Assembly (NCBI RefSeq): GCF_000306885.1
Contig: NC_018267.1
Span: forward strand, 925,991 to 957,990
Reading direction: 5' to 3'
Length of the DNA: 32,000 nucleotides
Origin: Wolbachia endosymbiont of Onchocerca ochengi
GTDB taxonomy: Bacteria; Pseudomonadota; Alphaproteobacteria; Rickettsiales; Anaplasmataceae
Shown here: positions 20,861 through 30,908 of the stretch, in pieces
Numbering within the stretch: position 1 is the stretch's first letter
Layout of the letters: every line of letters starts with the position of its first letter
Position numbers and translations under genes: made by a program
The notes under the pieces: model-generated
Databases searched by the model: none
What the model saw: the letters and a program-made list of their open reading frames with translations, nothing else
Told to the model about the DNA's origin: nothing

Positions 20861-23071
20861 TCTAACATTCACATACAAAACATAGATATAAGCTAAATTT
20901 ATTGTGAATTATTGATTTTTTCTTAATCGCAAAGGTACTTATTAATTAAATTTTTACTCTACTATTTAAGTGATACAGATGCTTTTAACGTAAGTCCACA
21001 CTTTTTCAGTTAGCTTTTTGGCTATGAACACAAAATTTACATCTCTACACCTATATCTATTCATCACTACTTTCCTCACTATTTATTTTACTGATTAAAT
21101 AATCTCTTAATTCAGTAAATTCTTATAATAAAATTATTCGAACTACGATTGACTTTTATACCATTATTAAATTCTTTTTGTACTCTTTCTATTATATACT
21201 TTTTATCATATAGCATGTGCTTTATCTTCCTTATAATCCTTCTATACATTTATAATCATATAGTCTCCTTCCTTTGTGTTTTACAGGTTTTATTTGACAG
21301 AATTGACTCTCACAGAATTTTAAAACACGTTGTTTCAAGTATAGTTCTTCAGTAACTATTTCCAATAGCGTAGAGTAAATTTTTCCTACCCACTAATTAA
21401 TTTTTATTACTTTTAAGAATTTTAAAAAGACTGAATTTTTGCTTAAATTATCACTTTTTTGATGTTTTCGATATATTTCCTGGTCTTTCCTTCTTTTTTT
21501 TGACCAAGAATATTTCATAAGCTTACCTTTACTTCATCCAATATATCGCCTATTATTACAGCAGAGTTTTCTTTCAACAATTAGATTTCTTGATTTATAC
21601 CTTCAACTATTATTGTTTTAGTTACTGTTACATCTTTTACCGTAACATAATTTACAATTTATTATAATATATAAATATGAAATACAATGATCAACTCGAG
21701 ATTCAGCTACTTTATTTTCATGATACATCTCTTCTATAATAAAATTAAAAATATTAACTGGTAACTGCCAACGTTTTAAATATTATAAAAACGCTATTTA
21801 ATGATCTGCAAGAGGTGCTTAAAATTGATGCTATGGCTCTTCTACCTCCATAGTAAACACAAACCTGTTGAAATAATAGATGACGATGTACTAATGTCCC
21901 TCGTTTTACAATTTCGCCTCCAACAAAACATGCACATATACTCTGCAAAAAAACAAACGTCAACACTCAAAACATATGATATAAACTTTTAAATAACTGT
22001 ATAGTAAAACAATAATTGAAACACCTTGTAACAGAGTAGAAGCAGAAATGACATATCTTCTATTTTCAAGTAAATTCAAGATTCAATTTGTAATTAAAGC
22101 ACCAATTACAAGACTAAACTATACAATATTGCAGCTTGCTATACTGACTCTATTGTATTAAATACTAAGTTGCTCAATAATCTTCAAGCCCATCAAGGTA
22201 TTAAGCACTAGAAATATTCTAGAAGTAATAGCATCCATCGACTATCAAGGTTATATCTAAGAGATATCTCCTTGGTTTCAAGTACCACAAGCACAAAGCA
22301 TATTACCATTTTTATGGAGCTCTTTATTACATGTTTTTTAAAAGCCGCTTTCCGAAAGGATGTTTAGATAAAAAACATAAATACTAAAATAGCATCATGC
22401 ATAAATCGGGCTTTCTAATATGTACCTTAGCAAGAAAGCTAAAGAACAATACTTGAACTATTAGTGCAGAAAAGCTTAGAATTGTCTACATTAGTGAAAA
22501 CGTCAATTCAAACCGAACAAGGAAAAAATAAGTGCTGCTTACATAAGTAGCCACAATAAAACCAAACGATGCTCCAATTGCAGTTAATACTTGAGATAAA
22601 ATTTAATGAGAAATATTTTCACTATTAATAGGAATAAAAACCTAAGAACCATAATTAATAATAAGAAAAAAGTAATTTTTTCACTAAGAAAATATTAAAT
22701 ATCGCTCTACTGAAAAAACTGTAAGATGGCAAAAATTCAAGTATATGCTGAATTAGCCAGTGCAATTTGCACGATTATAGGACTAAGTTCTTTTTCAAAA
22801 CTCACACTTACATAAAGTGTAGATTATCTGCATGTTATTGATTATAACAACTGGGTTATTAATCAGCCAAATAGACTAAGCTTTAACTCTACTTTCCATA
22901 AAACTTGTTTTTATAAGTAGTTCATTGATAACTTAACACCAACTCTTTTTCAAAACTATATGTAACCATGTTTCATGGTGATAGATATAAGTGTTAAAGA
23001 CAAGAACTCTTAACCTTTTAGATTTATTATATTATTAAACAATTTTCATCTTAGTAATATAGCACAACAAA

Positions 23072-23720
23072 ATGAGTCTCAATTCAAAAATTTGAGCAAT
23101 ACATTTGCAAGAATAAATAATAACATTGATTCTGTAAGGTTAGTTATACTGAATTTACGAGGAAACAAAAAATTAGTTAAAGAAAATTTTAGCGCCATAT
23201 ATGAATGGTAAAAAGAACTGTCGGTTCAATTCAAGTTTAATGCTCAAGTTATATAATAGTTGCAATAATATCACAGAAAAAACGCTATTGAGTAACATAA
23301 TTAAGTACAAAGAAAAAGAAGCTGCACGTGTGCTACTAATCAAATATTTATTAAAAAAGATAGCTAACGTTAATATGAAAGATAGCTATAGCGAAAACCC
23401 ATAGTATTATTTATATCAAAAAAGGTAAGAGCAAAGAAGTAGCAAAGTTATTATTAGACACAGGAGCAGACAAAATGTAATGGATATGATAATGCTCATA
23501 ATTCAGAAACTTTACTATTTATAGTATGCTGTTATTCTGGTGAAAGTCTTAATATAGAAACACCAATACCTTTTTACATCAGCTTATCCATTAAACGTTT
23601 ATGATATCAGATAAAGAGCAAACTTCAAAGAACAACTTCCCGATTTGATAAAGCTCCTTATAGAACAATGAGACTAACATTTATGTAATAATAACCAAAA
23701 TGACATCCTTGAAGATCTTA
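23072..23720 (+). pseudogene. Ankyrin-repeat protein relic
   Basis: Plus-strand pieces in different frames match the ANK consensus. These are ..EAARVLLIKYLLKKIANVNMKDSYSENP* (track ORF 23201..23404), KGKSKEVAKLLLDTGADK(M*) at 23421-23480, and NGYDNAHNSETLLFIVCCYSGES. Multiple stops and frameshifts. Confidence 0.6.
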
Positions 23721-24080
23721 TTGCCAAGAGTTTTATAGTCATCACACGTAAACGATAAGAAATTTGTTACCTCTGTACAAAAATTTTAAAAAAATAAAAA
23801 CATTCAAGAAAGTAACATAGAAAGTTGTTTAAGGTAGCAGAGTAAAAAAAGACTTTAGATCACTTGCTGATATTATAACGAAAATAGTTCAATCAGTATA
23901 AGAAGCATTCAAGTTTGCAATAAAAGTAGTAATTCAAATACTTAGAATACAAAGTATAAAATTTGCCACTAAAGGTGCTCTTAAGAAACAGGATGGCTTG
24001 TTACCGAGGTGTTAATTGTCTTAGAAGTTTTTCATAAATTAGTAAAATTGAAAAAAATTACTTTTTACCATAACCTTAAT

Positions 24081-24903
24081 TACAGCAAGATATATAAAAT
24101 TTTTACTAGATATTGTAAATAAATCTTATTCTTTGATAGCCCTCTGTTCCTGTTGATCCAAGCAGAAGCCCTTTTTGCAACCCGCTTTCTTAGCCGTATT
24201 TTTAAATCCTTACTTTCTTGTTGATAGCAACCTAGTTAGTGTATCTCTGTGTATCTAAAGTCTACTATGCCTTTTTTCTTACCTTTTACTTTTCTACCCT
24301 CACCGTAGTTTTTAACTCCCCTTTTCCTACTGTTTTGACAGATTGACTTTAACTTATACGAGGCTTAGCTGTTTATCTCTTCTTATCTCTCTCTTAAATA
24401 TGTTCAAGAATTCATAATTCAATTTCTCAAGGATTCACCGCTTTTCACAACAGAAAATTGAATAATAAGTACCTACATTGATATCCTCTACATAATATCA
24501 TAATATCTGCAAAATCGCATTTAATATTTGTCTTCCATTGTATTTTAATAATCTCCTTACTTCTTTATATAAGACTCTGAAATATTCTTCCGTTCTACTT
24601 AAATCTATTAGATATCTTTCCTCATTTCTCACTCACTACTTTATCGCCATATACTACTACCCATGTCCCTTAATTTATCAATAATTTCCAATGGCTATAT
24701 CAGCATTAGAGAAGATATGGAAAATATTAGCAATAGGTCTTCTGAGAAAATGAATAAAATTAATAAACAAAATGATAAATGACAAACTAAAAATATAATT
24801 AGGTTAACCAAATACACTGAAACACATTTAGTAGTTTTTGCACACAGTTTGCTTTAACTTTAATATTCATGTTCCGTCCTCTATATCGCTGTTTCATCCA
24901 CTT
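24081..24903 (-). mobile_element. Degraded IS5-family (IS4/IS5 DDE superfamily) transposase relic
   Basis: The minus-strand translation is riddled with stops. It contains ..NCVQKLLNVFQCIWLT.. (compare ILNGIFWVLRTG) and ..SICQNSRKRGVKNYGEGRKVKGKKKGIVDFRYTEI.. (compare DSQSVKTTEKGG.RGYDGGKKVKGRKRH.VVDT.G). It also contains ..LRKRVAKRASAWINRNRGLSKNK.. (compare KRWVVERTFAWLNR.RRLSKDYE). The region between the last two motifs is much shorter than in intact elements, implying an internal deletion. I identified no terminal inverted repeats. Confidence 0.6.
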
Positions 24904-25069
24904 ATTAATAGTTAAACAGCAATAAAACTGTCTGTGTTACTATCTGGATTAATTTATTTCTAAGTCAACTAGCTAGTATTAAATACAAACAAAATAAGCA
25001 CTTCCAGCGATCAAAAACAACCAGCACAAGATATTAAGAAAAGTTTTCTTTTTCTTTAACAGAGTTACT

Positions 25070-25438
25070 CTAGATTCTCAACAAAATAAGCTGTTTTGTC
25101 TTTTTTTCCTTATACTCTTCTGCAGTGCTCAAAGGTTGCTTTTTAGCTGTAATATTTGGCCATTTCTGTGAATATTCTACATTGATATTGTAAAACAACT
25201 TGAAATTTCTTTGTTCTCTGCTCAGCAACTCTTCATCTAATTCTAAAATGTCTTTTACAGAATCATCAGTTACAATTGCATCTACTGGACATTCAGGTAT
25301 ACACACTCCACAATCAATACACTCATCTGGATTAATTACAAGCATGTTTTTACCCTCATAAAAGCAGTCAACAGGACACACCTCTATACAATCTGTATAT
25401 TTACATTTTATGCATTTATCGGTAATAAAATGTGTCAT
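25070..25438 (-). CDS. fdxA: Ferredoxin, 7Fe type ([3Fe-4S][4Fe-4S])
   Basis: 122 aa starting [29 protein letters not shown], followed by [16 protein letters not shown]. This cysteine spacing is characteristic of FdxA. Confidence 0.92.
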   Translation of the reverse strand: MTHFITDKCIKCKYTDCIEVCPVDCFYEGKNMLVINPDECIDCGVCIPECPVDAIVTDDSVKDILELDEELLSREQRNFKLFYNINVEYSQKWPNITAKKQPLSTAEEYKEKKTKQLILLRI

Positions 25439-26645
25439 ATAAGTAGCGTATATTTATACATTTTGGGTACACTAAACTGATAAGAAATTCAAATCTTTTC
25501 ATTATAGATTAAATGTTAATAAATATTATTAGGTTACTTCCAAGTAAGTGGAAGAAAATTCCTTCATGAGAATAAATAAATTGAGTAATAGAGAATTAGA
25601 GATATAGTTAAGCTTGACTAGAAGCCTTTAGGGTCAATAAAATTTTTCGTGCGGAAGAAAGTATGTAAGTCATTAGGCAAAGAACTAAAATACCTGAATG
25701 GGTTTTCATTAACAACAAAAAGATATGCAGTGTTCAAAATACGTGAAAGAAATCAACAATGCAGAGAAAATTAGAGATAAAGTCATGCCTACATGCAATC
25801 CATGTGCGTCCTAACTTTTTAAGAAGTATACGAGATTATCTACTTATAATAACTATACCTGATGATATGTCATCATTAATTCATTAGATAATTGTAATAA
25901 TCAATGAGTGTAATTCTTCAGCAAATAGGAAAAATCTTGTCAATAAGCTAGCACATAATTTAAGCGAAGCTGGTTATGGTAGTTTCCGAACTTGCAAAAG
26001 AAATAAGCATTGCAGCAAACAATTTGATATATAGAAATTATCTAATCATTGCTATAAAAAAAAGGATTGATGTAGTTCGCATAAGGGAAAATTTTAATTT
26101 ATACAGAAAAATTACTGAGCTTCCGTTTGCTACTAAGTCAGAACCTCAGTATTTTCCTCAAAAGAATCAAATTATATCTAGTCTTTTGCTAAGTTTTATA
26201 GTAATTTTAACATTAAAAGCCTAATTTTCTAACAACAGCAAATTTTCCTTTAGACCAGGAAATAAAAGCATTTAAGGTTTTTAGATTTTCTCCAGCTCCC
26301 ACTGCAGTGGAAGCAATTATCTGATCAAAAGCAATGCTAAACTTATTAAATCCGCTAATGACATAATAAAGAATATTAAGTTCAGTTCACCTACTCAGCA
26401 AAAAAGCTTATTCGATGTTGAGTGCTGTACTGTTAACTAAAAGCACGAGAAAATTATAGCAAACAAAGTCAATCATAGTTAGTCATATCAACTCTATATC
26501 TCTTAATAAGATGATAAGCCTACATTGATAAAGCGTGTTTGTCCATAAACCTAGTTTTAATTGTTCTTTTAAAACTAGAGTTAGAAAGTAAAATAGAGCG
26601 ATTATCAAGAAATAAAGCATTAACAATTTTTTAAATTATTTTTAG

Positions 26646-27986
26646 CTACAACATTTTACTTTCCCCCATACAGTGAGCTAGGTCAAGAAAGGTGAATCTA
26701 TCTCTTGCTGTAAACGTAAGGCTAACCACTTTGCAATATTGCTCTTTATTCCAACAGGAGATGTTCTGGTAAGTGTGGAATTGACAAATCTTCAAACATT
26801 TTCTGCAGAAGTTTTACAGGTAATAGGTTTTGCTTAATTAAGCTGGAAATATCATTCCATTCTTATGAATAATCTCTTTAATTTTTTGCTGCATAATTTG
26901 CTTCTGCTTTAGGATTTCTATAAATTCGGTATTACCAAAGCATTCTGTTAAGCCCTCTATCATCGAAGCAGCATGACACTGATTCTCTTCCTGTAAATTA
27001 GCCATAGTGATCATTGTAACAGCAATTTTTTCTCCATGTAATGAAGAAGAATAATCTTTTGTTACCATCTCCATTGTGTGAGCTATCATATGCTCTCCTT
27101 GACTTGCAGAATAGCTGCCTTTTGATATTACCATCCCAAGTCCTGAAATCAGTAGAGCTTCCATAAGTAATAAAACTACCTTTTTGCTTTTTTCTGCAAG
27201 TGCCAAATACTCTCTGAGTAAAGCTTCCTCCAGATCACAAACAAGTATAAAAGGCAATTCATTATATTCCGTGCCAAGTAGTAGATGAGATAATAGCCAA
27301 TCAGCTTGCACTGTTGAACGGCAGATAAAATCCGCAATCCACTCAATGTTAGGCGCAATGGTGCATTGGTAATTATATTGGTATCAATATATATTGCCCT
27401 TGGAAGGTGTGCTACTAAAAATTTTTTATATCCATCTACTAAGATAGAAGCGTTTGAAGAGGTATACCCATTCATAGAAGCAGCTGTTGGAAAGGATATG
27501 TAGTTTTTACCTTCGAGATAGCTCGCGTACTTACAGATATCGTTAACAGTACCACTACTAAGTGCAACTATTAAATCACTATCCTTTGCCCTACTTCTAA
27601 CTAGATTAACGGTTTCAAGAGAAGTAACTCTGTTTACCATCGTTTCCTTAGTTGGCATTATTCCAGTGCTTAACACTGGAACCCATACTCTTTTTTTTCT
27701 GGATCCTAATGTCGGAGCACTGAGATGACTAAATTTTAGAAGCATTCAAAACAACATAAGGTCTTGCAAGAGAGCTAATGATATTACTAGGAATAATGAA
27801 GTGAGAAATTTTATTAAATATGTTTTTGCTCAAAAACTCTGCCGTATTTTCATCTGCAACTAGCAAAATATTATTCCCATATTTAGTACATATTTTATGT
27901 ATACTATCAACAAGATGATGATCTACTATTATTTCACTTATAAAAGTTTGCTTAGCTTGGTGTAATATTTGTTTTAAATAATGCAT
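26646..27986 (-). pseudogene. Iron-containing alcohol dehydrogenase / glycerol(-1-phosphate) dehydrogenase-like gene, inactivated by multiple frameshifts
   Basis: Three collinear track ORFs in different frames (27729..27986, 27176..27745, 26838..27311). A further out-of-frame C-terminal piece ends ..RDRFTFLDLAHCMGESKML* at 26646. Family motifs are still legible: NILLVADENT, DLIVALSSGTVNDICKY (GGGxxxDxxK-like), ISFPTAASMNGY and GEHMIAHTME. Confidence 0.75.
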
Positions 27987-28028
27987 AGTATGTTTATATT
28001 ATAATAGTATCAGTATTTCAAGATTGAC

Positions 28029-29234
28029 ATGAAGATTGATCCTGTAGAGCTAACTAAGAAGTTGATTTCTTTTAAGAGCATAACACCAAAAGATGATGGA
28101 GCAATAGAACATATAGCAACAATTCTTAAGAAAAGTGGCTTTAAGTGTAAGATTTTAGAGTTTGGTGATAGCGAAGCTAAAGTTAAAAATCTCTATGCAA
28201 AATATATAAATGGAGTGCCAAATTTATGTTTTGCTGGACATGTTGATGTTGTGCCACCAGGTCAATTAAAAAACTGGACATCTGATCCATTTAATCCAAA
28301 AGTTAGAGATGGAATATTGTATGGAAGAGGAGCAGCTGATATGAAAAGTGGAGTAGCTGCATTTATTGCTGCTATGGTAAACTTTGTTGCAGGAAAATCT
28401 CAGTTTAACGGTTCGATAAGTGCATTGATTACCAGTGCTGAAGAAAGCATGGAAGAATATGGAACAAAAGCAATTTTAGAGTGGATGGAAAGTAAACAAA
28501 AAAAGATGGACTATTGTGTAATTGCTGAACCAACCAGCAATGAAAAACTAGGCGACACTATAAAAATAGGCAGAAGAGGATCTGCAACATTCAAATTAAC
28601 TTGCCATGGAAAACAAGGACATGTTGCCTACCCAGATTTAGCTGATAATCCAATATATAAGATGATATCAATATTGAGTAAGATAAGAAATACTACTCTT
28701 GATAATGGTAATAAATATTTTCAGCCTTCAAATTGTGAGGTTACTACTATTGATGTTGGAAATAATACTGACAACCTAATACCCGATTTAATAGTTGCAA
28801 ATTTCAACATTCGGTATAATGATATACAAACGCCTGATACTTTATTTAAGTTAGTCAATAAGATATGCTCCAGCGTAACTAACAATTATAAGCTTTCTAT
28901 TTACAACAATAGAGGCGCCTTTCTTTCTATTCCTGATAAGAATATTGATATTATGCTTGATGCAATAAATAAAGTTACCAATATTGATGCTGTAATGAGC
29001 ACGAGTGGTGGCACGTCTGATGCTGCATTTATCAAAAATGTTTGCCCAGTGGTTGAATTTGGTATGGTCAACAAAACCACACACCAAGTAAATGAATGCG
29101 TGTTAGTAGATGATATACATAAATTAACAACTATATATAAGGAATTTATAAAAAATTATTTTTACCCCACTAACAAGATAGTAAATCAGATTAATGTAAT
29201 TAGCAATATGCCTGATGGTCCATTGCTAGCTTAA
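28029..29234 (+). CDS. dapE: Succinyl-diaminopimelate desuccinylase (M20 peptidase family)
   Basis: 401 aa with LCFAGHVDVVPPG, GRGAADMKSG and the EE..S region (ITSAEES). C-terminal SGGTSDA. Intact. Confidence 0.9.
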   Translation: MKIDPVELTKKLISFKSITPKDDGAIEHIATILKKSGFKCKILEFGDSEAKVKNLYAKYINGVPNLCFAGHVDVVPPGQLKNWTSDPFNPKVRDGILYGRGAADMKSGVAAFIAAMVNFVAGKSQFNGSISALITSAEESMEEYGTKAILEWMESKQKKMDYCVIAEPTSNEKLGDTIKIGRRGSATFKLTCHGKQGHVAYPDLADNPIYKMISILSKIRNTTLDNGNKYFQPSNCEVTTIDVGNNTDNLIPDLIVANFNIRYNDIQTPDTLFKLVNKICSSVTNNYKLSIYNNRGAFLSIPDKNIDIMLDAINKVTNIDAVMSTSGGTSDAAFIKNVCPVVEFGMVNKTTHQVNECVLVDDIHKLTTIYKEFIKNYFYPTNKIVNQINVISNMPDGPLLA

Positions 29235-29351
29235 GGCGTATTTCATGCTAGTAGAAAGTTAACTGGAAAAATTCCTGAAGAAAAAAGAAAACTTGCATGT
29301 AAATTCATTATATTGTAAAATTATAATTGTTTTAAAATGAAGAGGTTAGTT

Positions 29352-29951
29352 ATGAATCTTGTGACAAAGCCTGCTATTGATTTCACTGCCCCTGCTGTTC
29401 TTTCTGATGGAGAAATAGTTGATGACTTCTGTTTAAGCAAACACATAAAAGATAAATATGCTGTCCTTTTTTTCTATCCACTAGATTTTACTTTTGTCTG
29501 TCCAACTGAATTGATATCGTTTAGTAATAAAATAGAAGATTTTTCAAAACGTGGCGTTGAAGTCATAGGAGTAAGTGTAGACTCAAAATTCTCACATTAT
29601 AAGTGGCGAGAGACTCCAGTCAATGATGGAGGTATTGGAGAGGTTAGCTATACTTTGGTGTCTGATATCAAAAAGTCTATATCAAAAGACTATGAAGTAT
29701 TATATGATAACTCAATTGCACTAAGAGCTACTTTTGTTATTGATGATAAATTTATCATACGTCATCAGTCAATAAATGATTTACCTCTAGGACGCAATAT
29801 TGATGAGTTTATTAGGATTGTTGATGCGATTAAGCATAACAAAGAGTATGGTGAAGTATGTCCAGCAGGATGGAAAAAAGGTAAACCAGCAATACAAGCA
29901 AGCAACGAAGGGATAGCCGATTACTTAAATTCATATAGTGAAGAATTGTAG
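29352..29951 (+). CDS. Typical 2-Cys peroxiredoxin (AhpC/Tsa family)
   Basis: Peroxidatic motif DFTFVCPTE and resolving EVCPAGW. The track ORF starts at 29337. I prefer the ATG at 29352 (MNLVTKPAIDF) because GAAGAGGT lies 5 nt upstream as a Shine-Dalgarno sequence. The stop TAG directly abuts the trxB ATG. Confidence 0.88.
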   Translation: MNLVTKPAIDFTAPAVLSDGEIVDDFCLSKHIKDKYAVLFFYPLDFTFVCPTELISFSNKIEDFSKRGVEVIGVSVDSKFSHYKWRETPVNDGGIGEVSYTLVSDIKKSISKDYEVLYDNSIALRATFVIDDKFIIRHQSINDLPLGRNIDEFIRIVDAIKHNKEYGEVCPAGWKKGKPAIQASNEGIADYLNSYSEEL

Positions 29952-30908
29952 ATGGGGCTATTTAGTACAAAAGTTCTTATTATTGGTTCTGGGGTAGCTG
30001 GTTACGCTGCTGCTATATATGCAGCGCGTGCAAATTTAGAGCCAATTGTAGTAACTGGAATGCAACCTGGTGGTCAACTTATGATTACTACAGATGTTGA
30101 AAATTATCCTGGTTTCATTTCAATACAAGGCTCAGAGCTCATGGAACAAAAGAAGTTGCATGCAAAGAAATTTGGTGCAAAAATAGTAGACGATGAAATA
30201 ACAAGTATTGAACACCTTAAAGGTTCTAATGAATATAGGTTCAAGTCTTTTGGTAAGACTAATAATTACTATTCAGATGCAATTATAATTGCATCTGGTG
30301 CACAAGCGAAATGGCTTGGTCTCAAGAGTGAAAAAGAATTTCAAGGTTATGGAGTTTCAGCTTGTGCAACTTGTGACGGTGCATTTTTTAAAAATAAAGT
30401 CGTAGCTGTAGTTGGTGGTGGAAATACCTCTGCTGAAGAGGCAATGTTTTTAACTCGATTTGCCAAAGAAGTTATACTGATACACAGGCGCAATAAATTA
30501 AGAGCAGAAAAGATAATACAAGATAGGCTCTTTAGAAAAGATAAGATAAAAGTAATATGGAATCATACTGTAGAGCAAATTCTTGGAGAAGAAAATCCGA
30601 AAAAAGTTACTGGTATTATAATTAAATCAACAGAGACTAATAAAATCCAAAAAATGAAAGTGGATGGAGTATTTATTGCAATTGGGCATACACCAAATAC
30701 AGGTATTTTAAAAGGATTTGTTGAAATGGATCAGCAAGGTTACGTAGTTACAAGGCCTGGTACAACTCTAACCAGTAGGACAGGAGTGTTTGCTGCAGGC
30801 GATGTTCAAGATAAGGTGTACCGGCAGGCAGTAGTTGCAGCGGGCACAGGGTGCATGGCTGCGCTTGATGCAGAAAAATTTCTAGGGTGTACAAGCGTAA
30901 AGAGTTAA
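29952..30908 (+). CDS. trxB: Thioredoxin-disulfide reductase
   Basis: 318 aa. FAD motif IIGSGVAGYAAAIYAARA, redox centre CATCDG, NADPH motif VVGGGNTSAEEA..HRR, and C-terminal FAAGDV. Confidence 0.93.
   Translation: MGLFSTKVLIIGSGVAGYAAAIYAARANLEPIVVTGMQPGGQLMITTDVENYPGFISIQGSELMEQKKLHAKKFGAKIVDDEITSIEHLKGSNEYRFKSFGKTNNYYSDAIIIASGAQAKWLGLKSEKEFQGYGVSACATCDGAFFKNKVVAVVGGGNTSAEEAMFLTRFAKEVILIHRRNKLRAEKIIQDRLFRKDKIKVIWNHTVEQILGEENPKKVTGIIIKSTETNKIQKMKVDGVFIAIGHTPNTGILKGFVEMDQQGYVVTRPGTTLTSRTGVFAAGDVQDKVYRQAVVAAGTGCMAALDAEKFLGCTSVKS

Noticed and set aside
20528-21992. Short ORFs 20528..20788(+), 21149..21355(+), 21754..21966(-) and 21801..21992(+) as possible real small genes
   Set aside because: No start-site context or motifs support them. 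They overlap each other or fragment boundaries, and their composition is typical of decayed AT-rich DNA. The 21754..21966 translation (..CFVGGEIVKRGTLVHRH..YYGGRRAIASIL..) looks faintly protein-like, but I could not assign a family. I treat it as part of the graveyard.
20274-25069. Possibility that the large gap hides a defence island, prophage WO segment, cif-type toxin pair or CRISPR array
   Set aside because: No ORF exceeds 86 codons. I could see no direct-repeat/spacer periodicity, no tandem repeats and no phage structural or nuclease motifs. Only relics are present (IS5, ANK, membrane protein), so there is nothing that could function as a system.
25976-26224. 82-aa plus-strand ORF between fdxA and the ADH relic
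   Set aside because: It has no recognisable motif or Shine-Dalgarno sequence, and its composition resembles the surrounding non-coding DNA. The opposite strand carries more protein-like fragments.
28851-29087. 78-aa minus-strand ORF inside dapE
   Set aside because: It is an antisense shadow ORF within a well-supported M20-family gene.
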